Shown here in pieces: positions 18,493 to 31,633 of a stretch of DNA of 64,000 bases. Source of the stretch: the human T2T-CHM13v2.0 reference genome, Homo sapiens. A program made the translations under genes and the position numbers. The stretch's first letter is position 1, and the number at the start of each line of letters is the position of its first letter. The stretch is from the NCBI RefSeq assembly GCF_009914755.1, contig NC_060930.1. The stretch is one strand, 5' to 3'. The notes beneath the pieces were generated by a model. The model was not told the origin of the DNA. It did not search any database and worked only from the letters and a program-made list of their open reading frames with translations.

Positions 18493-19207
18493 AAAAATTT
18501 TTTTATTATACTTTAAGTTCTGGGATACATGTGCAGAACATGCACATGTATTTACTATACTTAAGTATTTATTATACTTTAAATTCCAGGATACATGTGC
18601 AGAATGTGCAGGTTTGTTACATAGGTATATTATGTGCCATGGTGGTTTGCTGCATGCCTCAACCTGTCATCTACATTAGGTATTTCTCCTAATGCTATCC
18701 CTCCCCTAGCCCTCTACCCCCCAACAGGCACCAGTGTGTGATGTTCCCCTCCCTGCGTCCATGTGTTCTCATTGTTCAACTCCCACATATGAGTGAGAAC
18801 ATGCGGCGTTTGGTTCTCTGTTCTTGTGTTAGTTTGCTGAGAATGATGGTTACCAGTTTCATCCATGTCCTTGCAAAGGGCATGAACTCACCCTTTTTAT
18901 GGCTACATAGTATTCTATGCTGTATATATGCCACATTTTCTTTATCCAGTCTGTCATTGATGGGCATTTGGGTTGGTTCCAAGTCTTTGCTATTGTGAAC
19001 AGTGCTGCAATAAACATAATGTGTGCATGTGTCTTTATAGTATAATGATTTATAATCCTTTGGGTATATACCCAGTAATGGGATTGCTAGGTGAAATGGT
19101 ATTTCTGGTTCTAGATCCTTGAGAAATCACCATACTGTCTTCCACAATTGTTGAACTAATTTACACTCCCACCAACAGTGTAAAAGCGCTCCTATTTCTC
19201 CACATCA
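18493..19207 (-). mobile_element. L1PA7 3' fragment with reiterated 3' terminus
   Basis: CATCTACATTAGGTATTTCTCCTAATGCTATCCCTCCCC (PA7); TSD ACTCAGAGGTCTTT / ACTGAGAGGTCTTT. Confidence 0.9.
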
Positions 19208-19797
19208 ACTGAGAGGTCTTTTTAAACAACATTCTGGGTTTTTAAAAAGAATTTTATAAGTCACTTACTTTTCAATAATTTAACCTTTTACTTTCATACT
19301 GGGTTTTAAAGACATATAGTAAGATAAGCACTTTATAATCAATTGATTGGCTAAGTACAAAAAAATTGAAAGAAGAGAAACTTGAAATTTATAATTCTTC
19401 TGTGCCTACCTCTAAACATTAAATGTTTACCATAAACATCAGTCCTGATCACAAAGGAAATACTTTTAGCATATATTTTATATTTGATTTATCCTAAGAC
19501 ATGGCTTCAAGTGCCTTCTATGAATCAAGCACAGCATTTGACATTAAAGGACATAGTTTCTGACAGCACGGAGCTCACAGTCTAGTGAGGAAGACAAGGG
19601 AACAGATAACTACAATGAATGTACTGCAAGAAAAGATCCTTTGGGGAAGCTATAGAAACCCATGGGAGAGGACTAACCCAGGCTGGAATGGGCATGACTA
19701 TGAAAAAGTGAGTAGGATTTAGCTAAGAGAAAGACAATGAGGACACTCTTGAGAGAGGAAAGTTTAAGTAACAATGCAGAAGAAAGTGTGTATCTTT

Positions 19798-20259
19798 TTA
19801 GATATATATATATATATATATAAATACTTTTATTATACTTTAAATTCTAGGGTACTTGTGCACAACGTGCAGGTTTGTTACATATGTATACGTGTGCCAT
19901 GTTGGTGTGCTGCACCCATTAACTCACCATTTACATTAGGATACCCAAAGGATTATAAATCATGCTGCTACAAAGACACATGCACACTTACGTTTATTGC
20001 AGCACTATTCACAACAGCAAAGACTTGGAACCAACCCAAATGTCCAACAATGATAGACTGGATTAAGAAAATGTGGCACATATACACCATGGAATACTAC
20101 GCAGACATAAACAATGATGAGTTCATGTCCTTTGTAGGGACATGGATGAAGCTGAAAACCATCATTCTCAGCAAACTATCACAAGGACAAAAAACCAAAC
20201 ACCGCATGTTCTCACTCATAGGAGGGAACTGAATAATGAGAACACTTGGACACAGGAAG
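19798..20259. mobile_element. L1PA4-like insertion with 5' inversion (19798-19940 minus, 19941-20259 plus)
   Basis: Perfect 17-bp TSD AGAAAGTGTGTATCTTT at 19781-19797 and 20260-20276; strand switch at TTACATTAGG|ATACCCAAAGG. Confidence 0.92.
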
Positions 20260-20325
20260 AGAAAGTGTGTATCTTTGAGGAACTTCTAACTGCATTGAAC
20301 ACTGGCTATACGACTGAATCACAGG

Positions 20326-20552
20326 CAGTGCCACCCAATGGAACTTTTTGCATTGATGGGAATATTCGTATTGTCTTCACTCTAATACAGTAGGCTACTG
20401 TAAAGCCACTAGTCACAAGTGGCTGTAAAGTATTTTAAATGTGGTGAGTGTGACTAAGGAATAGAAATTTTAATTTTATTCTATTTTAATTTATTTTAAA
20501 TGACATTGAAGCAGCCACGTATGGCCAGTGGCTATCTTACCAGCAGCACAAC
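20326..20552 (+). mobile_element. MER3 (hAT-Charlie)
   Basis: CCAATGGAACTTTTTGC...GCCACTAGTCACAAGTGGCT...AGCCACGTATGGCCAGTGGCTA. Confidence 0.8.
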
Positions 20553-22559
20553 TCTAGATTATCAGTTGCCGAAACATGAGGCAGAACACAAGGCTCACAC
20601 TTCGAAGAGTTTTATAAGCCAGGTTAAGTAGTTTGGATTTCAGACCAAAGGTAAAGAGGAGTTAGTGGTGAAGAATGTTAAGCAAGGAGGGATGTGATCA
20701 AATTCCTTTAGAAATATCACTCTGACAGCTGTGTTTAGGATGCAAGGAGGCTCAAGTCTTGAGGCGAAGACAGCAGATAAGCTTATGGTTAGAGTAATAC
20801 AAATGAAAAATGAGAACTCCGTTAAAGACAATGGCAGAGAGTATGAGGAGGAGGAGAGGGATGTGATTGAATGTGAGATTAAGGGACAGTAGAAAGAGAC
20901 ATTCTAGTGTCTGGATTACACACATAGGTGGAAGAAAGTGTCAGTCACCAACATGTGCAATAGGAGTTAAGAAAAATGTGAAGTGTTGCTCTATTTAAGT
21001 GATATTGAGTATGAATTGCCTGTGGGACAGTGAAGTAAAAAAGACATAATAAGGAGTTGGGTGAGTATGTTAGCAAATAGAGAAACAAACAAAAATAGCA
21101 CCTAGACATACTTTGTTCAGTCTTTATATTAATTGGCAGAAATTTCACAAGCTGTTAACATCTTTTAACGTCAAAGAATTCAGATTTATACACATTCACT
21201 ATAAAATATTATTAAAGGCAATGCAATCAGATTCATAAAGTGCTTGTAAGCTTCACTTTAAACATCAATTATCATTATGTAATGTTTTGAAAAGTATCTT
21301 ATTTATTTAATCTTTTGGATTAGTTATATTTTGGATCGACTTGAAATTAGTGATTTCTCAGATATGAAATTAGGGTGTCTTTCCAAACTTTCCAAAGGTG
21401 CATTTCTGGTGATGGATGATATTCTACATCAAATAGGTTTAATTTTAGAATAAGATGAATGTTCTTTACTAGCCAATGAGATAAATGTTTGCTTTCTAAA
21501 AAAAAAAAAAAAAAAAAAAACCTTTCTCTCATAAAAGAAAAAGAAAAAAAAAGCTTTTATTATTTCAGAACACCTTCTGGAAATTGACTTAAATCCATTA
21601 TTCAGGTTTCTACAGAGAATTATGGCTCATCTCAAGATATACAAAAGTTATAAAATAGAAAATATCATCTCAAATCTACACAATAACTATTTTTGGGTCC
21701 TCAATCCACATCTGACCTCTAAAAATAAATCTTCCTGAGAAAGTATAGTCCACTAAATACATTCCCATTTTAGTCACAAATAGTAGTATGATCACTGGTT
21801 CCAAGTGCCTCTTTGGGACCTGGATGTTCCTCCAGTGATTTGTATACGTCTTTGTAATTTTCACTCTGAATATCTAGTTCCTTTTTGTGGTTCCTTTAAA
21901 AATATAACACACATCTTCAAACTACAACCTGGCTGTACCCTAAAACTTTGTCTGGGTAGGCCGTGTGGCACCCAGAATATATGTTTGCCATAGAAAGAGT
22001 GTTGTAAATGTTGGAAATGTTGGAGAGGTTCCCAGGTAACACACAAACGCCTATCAGCCCTGTGGATGGAGCTAATGGCACTGCAGAATCTTAGGCTTTA
22101 GGACATAAGTTGTTCAAGACTCTGAGACCTGGAAGGCAGGAGTGATGAAAAACCTGGGGAAGGGCTATACATTGAAGAGGAAGAAGAAACATATGCTGAA
22201 TGGTGCCAGGAAAAAGGACAAGGGCTGAGATTGTAAGAAATGTTTTTTTAAAAAAGCAAACAAACAAACAAAATACTTTTGAAATGAGGAAGAGGGAGAG
22301 AGAAAAAGATGGGGGGAGAAAGGCTATATTACAGTTTGATGTTGTTTTCTATTTTGCTTTCACTCTAACCCTCTAGTGGTTAGTGAAGGAGGAAATCAAG
22401 AGCAAGGCAGAAGCAAAAGGTGAAGGGGAGCTTTCTCTGTCTTTTCCCTTCCCCTCTCCTTCCAAGAATTAGCTCCTTCCAGCCATACTCATATTCCACC
22501 CCCAACATGATGGCCACATCATGTTGAGATAAAAGACTGTATACAAATTTTTAAAACTT

Positions 22560-24130
22560 CAAAAAAACAAAGGCTACCCAGTGAACTGTTTTATATAGAT
22601 AATTATAATATTGGTCACTGTCTTTTGGAACAATTGCCTGCTGTGGTCACACAGCTGTAATGAAGAGATCACGCTGTGAAGTGAAAAGTCTCCTTTTCCT
22701 CTGGGATTAGATACATATTTGCCTTCTTCTAGAAAGGTTTCGGAACACAGGGAGGAGAGAAACAGCGGTAAGGAGCAGCAGAAGAAATTGTCTTGATCTC
22801 CCGTTTTGCTAGACTGGAGAAAAGGTGCTTTTACAGGAAACTCGGTTTGCAAACACTGAACATCTTTTGTGTTTCTTGTTGGCAAAGCAATTGATTCTAG
22901 TTAGAGATTGGCTGGGTGCCACCGTGTAACCAGTTTGTCTTTTCTGTTCTGAAAAGTATAGTAGGAAGAGCTACAATTGAGGCTTCTTTTTTTCTTTTCT
23001 TATTATAGTCTGTTTATACCATTTTTTTTTTTTTTTTGCCTACTACCGCTTCTGCCATGAACAACTGCACGCGATTCCACAACTGCACCCGATTCCTAAG
23101 TCACATTTCATAATACTTTAAAAAAAAATAACAAAAATATACCTTTCGAGACATTTTAAAAAATAAGTGGGAGAAGACAGTTTTTATACCAGTATGCCTG
23201 CCTCCCTAATGTGATTCTTTTACCTTTCCCTCCTGAGAAAGAAACCAAAGCCAAACCCTTGTGCTATAAGCAGAAAAGGTAACAGAGGGTGTATTGAAAC
23301 TCGGTAATGCTAACACAAAGATGGACTACACTGTGAGCGTGGCACTTAAGGAGCCGAGAACAGCTGCGGCAACCATTACTTTTCTATTTAATTTCTTTCA
23401 TAGATATAAACATTGTAACACTCAGTTCTATTTAAATATCAATTCAGTTTTATTAAGAAAGGAATGAACATCTACTATTGATACTTTATTTATTAGCTCC
23501 TGTCTGCCCTCTGTTTAAAAAAGTTTGGATACTTTTATCAGGGAAAGTATTATTCAAACGATTTCATGGTAAACATTAATAATTGGCTTTGGTGTAATTG
23601 ACACTTTGAAAGCACCAGTAGTTGAGGAACTTGCAGAAAAGCCATGGAGGCGCTGAGGCCTCAGAAGCGCATCTCTCCTCCCCTCACAAAGCGGGCTACA
23701 ATGGTGGCAGGGAGGGGATGGGTGAATCCACTCCCTTGAGGCAACTGCATTCTCATTAGCAAGCTGTGATTTGGGACTGATTCTGAGCAACATCTATTGT
23801 GAGTATGTACTTGTGTGTCTGGGCTTGGGTTTGGAAGACAAAGCCCATGCCAAGAAAGCAGGTCAAGGAGGTAAGCCCTTCCCCTAGAACCAGGAAGAGA
23901 GAGGCCTTTTGTTTGCTGTCACACATTGAAGAAGGCTTAACTGACTCTCCTTCACGATAGTGAAACAGGTTCTGCAAAATACTCATCCAAACTTATTCTT
24001 CAAAAGGCAATATCTAGCATGAAATCCAAGCAAGAAGCCAAGCAGAAAAAGCCTTGATTGTTGTTGCATGGATTAATTGCTCTCAATGCCGAAGGTGAAA
24101 GGAGATACCTTCATTTTAGCAAATGTCTTG
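22560..24130. promoter_or_regulatory. Candidate cis-regulatory region (repeat-free, CpG-retaining)
   Basis: No recognisable repeat; about 20 CpGs counted by eye; near-perfect NFI palindrome TTGGC-N5-GCCAC at 22908-22922 overlapping a reverse CCAAT box; E-boxes CAGCTG. Confidence 0.3.
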
Positions 24131-24389
24131 TTGGCAACAGAAGAATCTGTTAAAGGGTTAACATTTAAGTGTATTTTATTAAAATGTCACAGAATATTTT
24201 AAAAATATACTACTAATCAAAAGAGTTTTTCACTAGAAGGTTATCAGGTCATTTTTGCATCTTAATCAATTTTAAGTTTGAAAAACATAGTGACCCTACC
24301 ACATTAAGCTGAAAAACTTAACTATTTAGTAATACACATTAGTGAAACATTCTTGACAGAAAAACTAACCTTTAAAAACTAAACAGTGT

Positions 24390-24694
24390 GGCTAGGTGCG
24401 GTGGCTCACACATGTAATCCCAGCACTTTGGGAGGCCAAGGCGGGCAGATCACGAGGTCAGGAGTTCAAGACCAGCCTGACCAACATGGTGAAGCCCCAT
24501 CTCTATTAAAAATACAAAAATTAGCCAGGCATGGTGGCAGGCACTTGTAATCCCAGCTACTCAGGAGGCTGAGGCAAGAGAATCACTTGAACCTGGGAGG
24601 TGGAGGTTGCAGTGAGCCAAGATCGTGCCATTGGACTCTAGCCTGGGCAACAGAGCGAGACTCCATCTCAAAAATGACTAACTAACTAAATAAA
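24390..24694 (+). mobile_element. AluSg-like
   Basis: Full Alu; TSD TAAACAGTGT at 24380-24389 and 24695-24704. Confidence 0.95.
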
Positions 24695-24698
24695 TAAA

Positions 24699-24936
24699 CA
24701 GTGTGTGTTGTTCCCCTCCTTGTGTCCATGTGTTCTCATTGTTCACCTCCCACCATGAGAACATGTGGTGTTTGGTTTTCGGTTCCTGCATTAGGTTGCT
24801 GAGGATAATGGCTTCCAGCTCCATCCATGTCCCTGCAAAGGACATGATCTCATTCCTTTTTATGGCTGGATAGTATTCCATGGTGTATATGTACCACACT
24901 TACCTGGAACTTAAAATAAAAATAAAAATAAAAAAA
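24699..24936. mobile_element. Short L1PA10/11-like insertion, almost wholly 5'-inverted
   Basis: 24699-24898 is antisense L1; 24901-24936 is the sense terminus TACCTGGAACTTAAAATAAAA plus A tail; TSD AAAAACTAAACA / AAAAACTACACA. Confidence 0.82.
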
Positions 24937-25101
24937 CTACACACATAAACTCAAAAATGCTTTATATTGTGATGGTAATAACCCCAGTGTTTGGAAACAA
25001 GTTTAAGGCAAAAACATGAAGTCACATTTTTGAGTCAAAGTTTATTTTTCACTAGGAAAACTGTAAGCTAAAGGAATTAATAAATTATTTTAAATAATTA
25101 A

Positions 25102-25403
25102 GGTTGGCACGGTGGCTCACGCCTGTAATTCCAGCAATTTGGGAGCCCAAGGTGGGTGAATCGCTTGAGTTCAAGAGTTCAAGACCAGCCTGGGCAACAT
25201 GGCAAACCTCATCTCTACAAAAAATACAAAAATTAGCCAGGAGTGGTGGTGCATGTGGGCAGTCTCAGCTACTTGAGAGGCTGAGGTGGGAAGATAGTTT
25301 GACCCCGGGGGGGTGGAGGTTACATTGAGCCAAGATTGTGCCATTCCACTCCAGCCTGGGTGACAGAGCGGGACCCTGTCTCAAACTAACGAACTAACAA
25401 AAA
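25102..25403 (+). mobile_element. AluJ
   Basis: CGCTTGAGTTCAAGAGTTCAAGACCAGCCTGGGCAACATGGCAA; GAGGCTGAGGTGGGAAGAT. Confidence 0.92.
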
Positions 25404-26591
25404 TTAACAGAGTGGTAACGTCATAATTAGGACTACTTACGAGTAATTGATAGTGAAGATTATTGATTTTTTATTTCATTTATCTACTATATGGTCATGC
25501 AGAAAGCATATTCTAGTATATTTCATTTTAAAGGTTGGTTTATTTTTATTATAAAGAAATGCATGCTCATCAATAAAAGGAAATAAACCAGGTAAAAAAT
25601 GACCCATAATTTTGGCATTTAAAAACAATCTCTATTAGCATTTTGATCTATTTCCTTTTGATTTTATTTCTTTATAGGTATATATTTGTACATATTTATA
25701 ATATATTCATCCAAATACATACAAAATTTTGTTTCCTGCTTTTTAGGTTTTTTATACCTGCTTTTTCTTTAAACATTTGTATGCATTTAATAAGACATTT
25801 CTCTTTTGCTGATGATAAAGGACTATGGGAGGTTATATTTAAAAGATTAAGATCACCATTAATTTGCTGACAGTGGAGATAACTACATCTTGGTGTATAT
25901 CCTTTTCATTTGTGGTTTATGCAAATCTATCCATTCATTCATTCAGATATATTTTTGGAGGAGCTGTTATGTTCTAGGCTGTCTCTTGTGTCAGGAATAC
26001 AGTAGTGAATGAAACAAAGATCTTTGCTCTCATGGAGCTTACATTCTAGGTAAAGGAAACAGAAAATAAAGAAGTAAAATATTCAGTTTGTGAACAATGA
26101 TAAGTCCTATGGAGGAAAAGAAATCAGGAAAAGGACGTGAGATGAGCAGGATGATTTGCCATTGAAATAAGGTAGTAAAGGAAGGACTCAATGAGACTAA
26201 GACATTTGAGCTAAGACAGAAAAGACGTGAAGAAGTAAGAAGACTGAACATCTTACAGAAAGAAGAGTAAGTGCAAAGGTCCTGAGGTAGGAGTGTGACC
26301 AGTGAATTCTGGAAAAAGCAGAAGGCTACAAGCAGATATAATGGAGAGTACAAAGGCAAGACTCCAAAAGGTATAGCGAGTGAGACTCTTCCTTTTCTCT
26401 GCATGAGATGAGAGGCCAATGGAGAATGTTGAGTAAAGAACTGACCTGATCTAGTTTACGTTTTAAACAGTCTATTCTGGAATTTGTGTTGAGAAAAGCT
26501 ACAGAGGGATAAAGAGGATCAGTAGGAGATTATTGCAATCATCCTTGTGTGAGAGATGGTGGCTTAGACTAGAGAATTAAGAGTAACAGTG

Positions 26592-27434
<843 letters not shown>

Positions 27435-27897
27435 TACTAAGTTGAGGAAGACTAATAGAGGAACAGCTTCGTTGGGAGAGACAAGGAATTTAGCTTTAGA
27501 CATTGAGTTAAATGGGATATGTGAATCTACAAGTGAAGGGAGTAGTCCAGTCTAGAGATAGTTGTTAGAATATTTATGATATTTAAAGCCATGTGATAGG
27601 ATGAGATCATGAGAGGAGTGGCAGGGGAGGAGATTGACTCGGGCAGAGAAAAGAGAGTTTTACAAGAGTGATTAACAAGACAAAATCTGGTAGACCAGTC
27701 AAAGAAAATTTTATTCAATCACAGGCTATCCTAAAGAATGAATAATCTTGTGACTTTGGATTTTAAAATTTTAAGTGGACTTTTCAGAAAATAACCCTGG
27801 CTTCTAAGTTGTCTAGATAATATAGCAACAAATATGGTATGCAGACCTCTGAAACCACCTAAAATAGTACATTGGGGAATGGAAAGAAAGCATTAGA

Positions 27898-27988
27898 GTC
27901 TACGGCCATACCACCCTGAATGCCCCCGATCTTCTCTGATCTCAGAAGCTAAGCAGGGTTGGGCCTGGTTAGTACTTGGTATGGGAGA
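27898..27988 (+). pseudogene. 5S rRNA retropseudogene (about nt 1-90 of 5S), tailless
   Basis: GTCTACGGCCATACCACCCTGAATGCCCCCGATC...GAAGCTAAGCAGGGTTGGGCCTGGTTAGTACTTGGTATGGGAGA matches human 5S rRNA; 13-bp TSD AGAAAGCATTAGA. Confidence 0.96.
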
Positions 27989-29621
27989 AAGCATTAGACA
28001 TCAATCTTGTAAGAATTTAAAGTTCAATAGATTATTATAGTATATATTTTTTTGAATTGACAATAATACGTGAACATGTGTACGTACATCTAAAAACATT
28101 TTTAGAGGTGGGAGATGAATGCTTGTAAAACACTGTACTGTAGTGAAAGAATTGGCAGAAAGCTGAAAAGGCCTTTTTGCTCATTAGTTGTGTTATGGTT
28201 GATCTAGAATCAACCTGTGTTTGGATATATCCTTGTATATGAGTAAAAAGGCCACTAAGTGACCAACTGCTTGGCTCCAGTTAAGATAGGCTCTATAATG
28301 CCAGCTCTAATGTTCTTGTCCAGCACACTCACGCTGGAGGCCCTGAGGTCCTAGTGGCTGCTCAGCATCCACTCCTGCCACCTACACTCATGATAGTAGC
28401 ATGCAGAGCTGCGCTGGGCCTCAGCCACAGCAGCCAGAGGAATATTGGTTGCATGGTGAAATCGGAGGGCTTGAGAATATTGCCCTGCTTCCTTTGTTCT
28501 GTTTTTCTGCAATTATTTTATCTGAGAGAGACCCTCTGGGGTTCCTGCATTTGTCCTCTGAGGAGGGGCCCCAGCACAGCAAAGTCTGGAGGCTGCTTAA
28601 AAACCCTGCGTGTGGCACTGTGATCATTTCTCGTCATTTATTTTTGCTGAAGCTATGTACCTTTGATTAAACCTGGCATGGCACTTTAGAAGTCACTGAT
28701 ACACATCAAAGAAGTTAGCGCTCCTAGATCAAAATAGACTGAAGGTTTGGACCTGAACCAGCGCTACTTGAACACTAAGAACAGACCACAGCAGGAGGCA
28801 ATTGCTTTTGGACAAGAATCAGGAAATAACCAAATGGATTTCCTCTATTTCTTCCTTCATTAGCAGCATGGCAAATGCCTTCACCCTTTTAGAAGAGAAA
28901 TCTTTATTGGATTTTTATCCATAAATCAGTTTGGGGGTAAAATTCGAGGTGGAAAACTTAAAGAACTTCCTAAACTGTAAAAGTTTGTAATAAAGATGAA
29001 CACAATTTATGCTGGATGAATGGGATAAATACCCCAATTTTTCTTTTTATTTTATATGCAGTTGTTGATAGAGCTCAAAGGCATTTGAAGAATGTAGATT
29101 TACTTTGTTTCCATTTGGTGATCTGGGAACAATTAAAAAGATCACACAGATCGATCAAGTGGAAAAATTATACATGTCGATATGCCTTTGAGGAGTTTTT
29201 TCCAAAGACATTTTGAGAGAATGGAGGAGTTTCATTTTTATATAATCTCTCCTCAAAGGTGAGTACTTGACTTGTAATAGACATCCAATAAGTATTTGCA
29301 TAAATTATTTTAAATGCTAATTTCTAAATCATATCTAATATAAATAAATTTATTAAACAGATCATAAATCATCTATTTAAAAATAAACTCAGTTGAGTTG
29401 GTAGAAGGATAAGAATAATTACTAGAGCAAGACATCCAATAACCAGTAATTCCATTCTGACTTTTTTAACAATGAGATTTCTAAGTGCTGAGATTAACAA
29501 CCTCATTTGTTATTCACAATAGTTCTGTGATGTAACTATGTTATTGATCCCTTTCTACAGACAAAGCCATTGAGGCTTTGAGAGTAAATTAATGCTCCTA
29601 TGATCAATCAACTATTTATAG

Positions 29622-29957
29622 CAGTCCATTGGCAAACTTTTTCTGTAAAGGACCAGATAGTAAATATTTTAGGCTTTCTTGCACCATACAGTTGTTACAA
29701 CTACTCACCTCTGCTGTTGTAGCATGTGAACAACCATAGCCCATACATAAATAAATGACTGTGGCTGTATTCCAGTGAAACTTTAATTGTGGGTTGAATT
29801 TTGAATTTTCTATAATTTTCCTGTCATGAAATATTATTATTCAATTGATTTTTTCCCGGATCATTTAAAAATGTAAAACACATTCTTATTTCACAGGTTG
29901 CACCAAAAGAGGTGGTGAGCTGGATTTGGTGCACAGGCAGTAGTTTACCAAGCCCTG
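29622..29957 (+). mobile_element. MER58B (hAT-Charlie) inside a MIR
   Basis: TTGGCAAACTTTTTCTGTAAAGGACCAGATAGTAAATATTTTAGGCTT...GTAGTTTACCAAGCCCTG. Confidence 0.82.
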
Positions 29958-31633
29958 ATAGAAGGGGCAGGCTCAGGAGTTAAACTTAGATTTTCTACCA
30001 CAGTCCATGTTCTTTCCACTACACCATATGGATTTGTTTCATAATTGAGGAGAGGCCCTAGTCAGAGGCTTGAAATCTGGAGAGTTTTAACTGCTGTTCC
30101 TACTTTTAAAATTAAGTATAAGACTCAAACATTTTAAGCTTCTGCATCCAAAAAGAAAGATAGAGTAATCACCGGCAGTAGAGTAATTACCAAAGAGAGA
30201 GCCAATAGCAAGCCCAGCGAACACTTCATTGTCAGCTAGAGGGTTTGGCTAAAAGTAAATTTAATACTCATTAAGAAATGAACATTGCTTTAATGCCACT
30301 TCAGAGGCTGGTAAATTGTAGCTAGCTCTAAGCAATTCAGGAAGCTGGCCCATTACTTTAAGGCTGACATGTACTTACAAACAAAACCTTCAGAAGGCAG
30401 GAAGATCGGGAGAAGCCCCATAGTGGAAAGATGAAGTGTCCCCTGAAACAGCCCAGACCTGGAATTCTACCCCTTGCAAAGGCTTATAGGCATGGTCATA
30501 AGTAGAACAGGGAGTGGGTGTTGATTGTACTGAAAATATGGCACACAAACTCCATAAAGTACAGCCCCACAGAGGAAAGGTTTTGAGAATTGCACCTGTC
30601 TATGAAAATAGTGATTAAAAACACACTCTTATCAAGGTACATTTCATCATTTTTATATTTGTTTTCTTCCTCCCATATCATGATTTATTACAACCCCTCT
30701 GAAGCATGAAGCTGAAATTTGTCTCCTTAAACCTCTCTTCCCTGAGTGATTTTGTTGGGATAGAGTGGTTCCTAAGAGCTTAGCAATTGCTGGTGTGCTA
30801 TGGAATAAAACTGTCAGAGTGATTTAAAAATGCATATTGCAGAAAATAGGAAAATACATTTGAAAAACCTTGTCATTTCGGCTTCTATAGAAAACAAAGG
30901 CAATGAGGGAGAGAGTTCAAAATAATAAAAAAGGCTTTGTTAATTGTGAGGCATTTACAACCTCAAAATCACGTCATAGTGCCATGGGAACTAGCAGGTA
31001 TCCAAGTGTCTCAGATCTAAAATAACAGGTGCTAATTGCCCAAGTGATAGATGACTTTAGTGAAATGTACTTAGATAAGTAAATTAGCGAATAAAAGAAG
31101 GCAATGAGTGACTGACTACATACATGTACTTACATACACTTTTTGGGATACTTTGGATTTTTTTTTAATTTTGGAATGCAAGGAGATAATCATCTTGCAT
31201 ATTCCCCATTTCCTTTTGTTCTGGCTCTTCTATGACATTATGAAATTAAAATGTAGAAATTAACCCAAAATGCTGGCGTTGTCTTTAAATTGCTTTTAGT
31301 ATTCTATTTGCCTAAAAGCTATACTTGATGAGCTTCCTCATCTATGGGTTTGGTAGGTGCAACATATGAGCTTGTGGGAAAATATTTCATCAGAATAGCA
31401 TTAATATATCTTTGCTCATAATGGATATTCTCTGCTGCACTACCCTTTGAAAGGAAAATGCATACTCATGCAGTATTGTGAATGGATAAAGGAAGAGAGG
31501 AAGGATTCTATGCAGAAGAGAGATGATTTTACTCCTGCCACTTAGATAGATAGGTACAGAGATAGATATTTAAGTGCGTCCTTCAAGCATATAGACAGAT
31601 ATTTAAAATTTTATAGACAAGTTCTTGCCAACC

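Larger units (their letters stand above)
19484..21030 (-). mobile_element. L2 LINE, interrupted by an L1PA and MER3
   Basis: GGAGCTCACAGTCTAGTGAGG, TGAGTAGGATTTAGC, GTGATCAAATTCCTTTAGAAATATCACTCTG. Confidence 0.65.

Noticed and set aside
22733-22767. Possible 35-nt exon (CTTCTTCTAG ... CG|GTAAGG)
   Set aside because: Splice-like motifs are common by chance; it is not frame-preserving and I found no partner exons.
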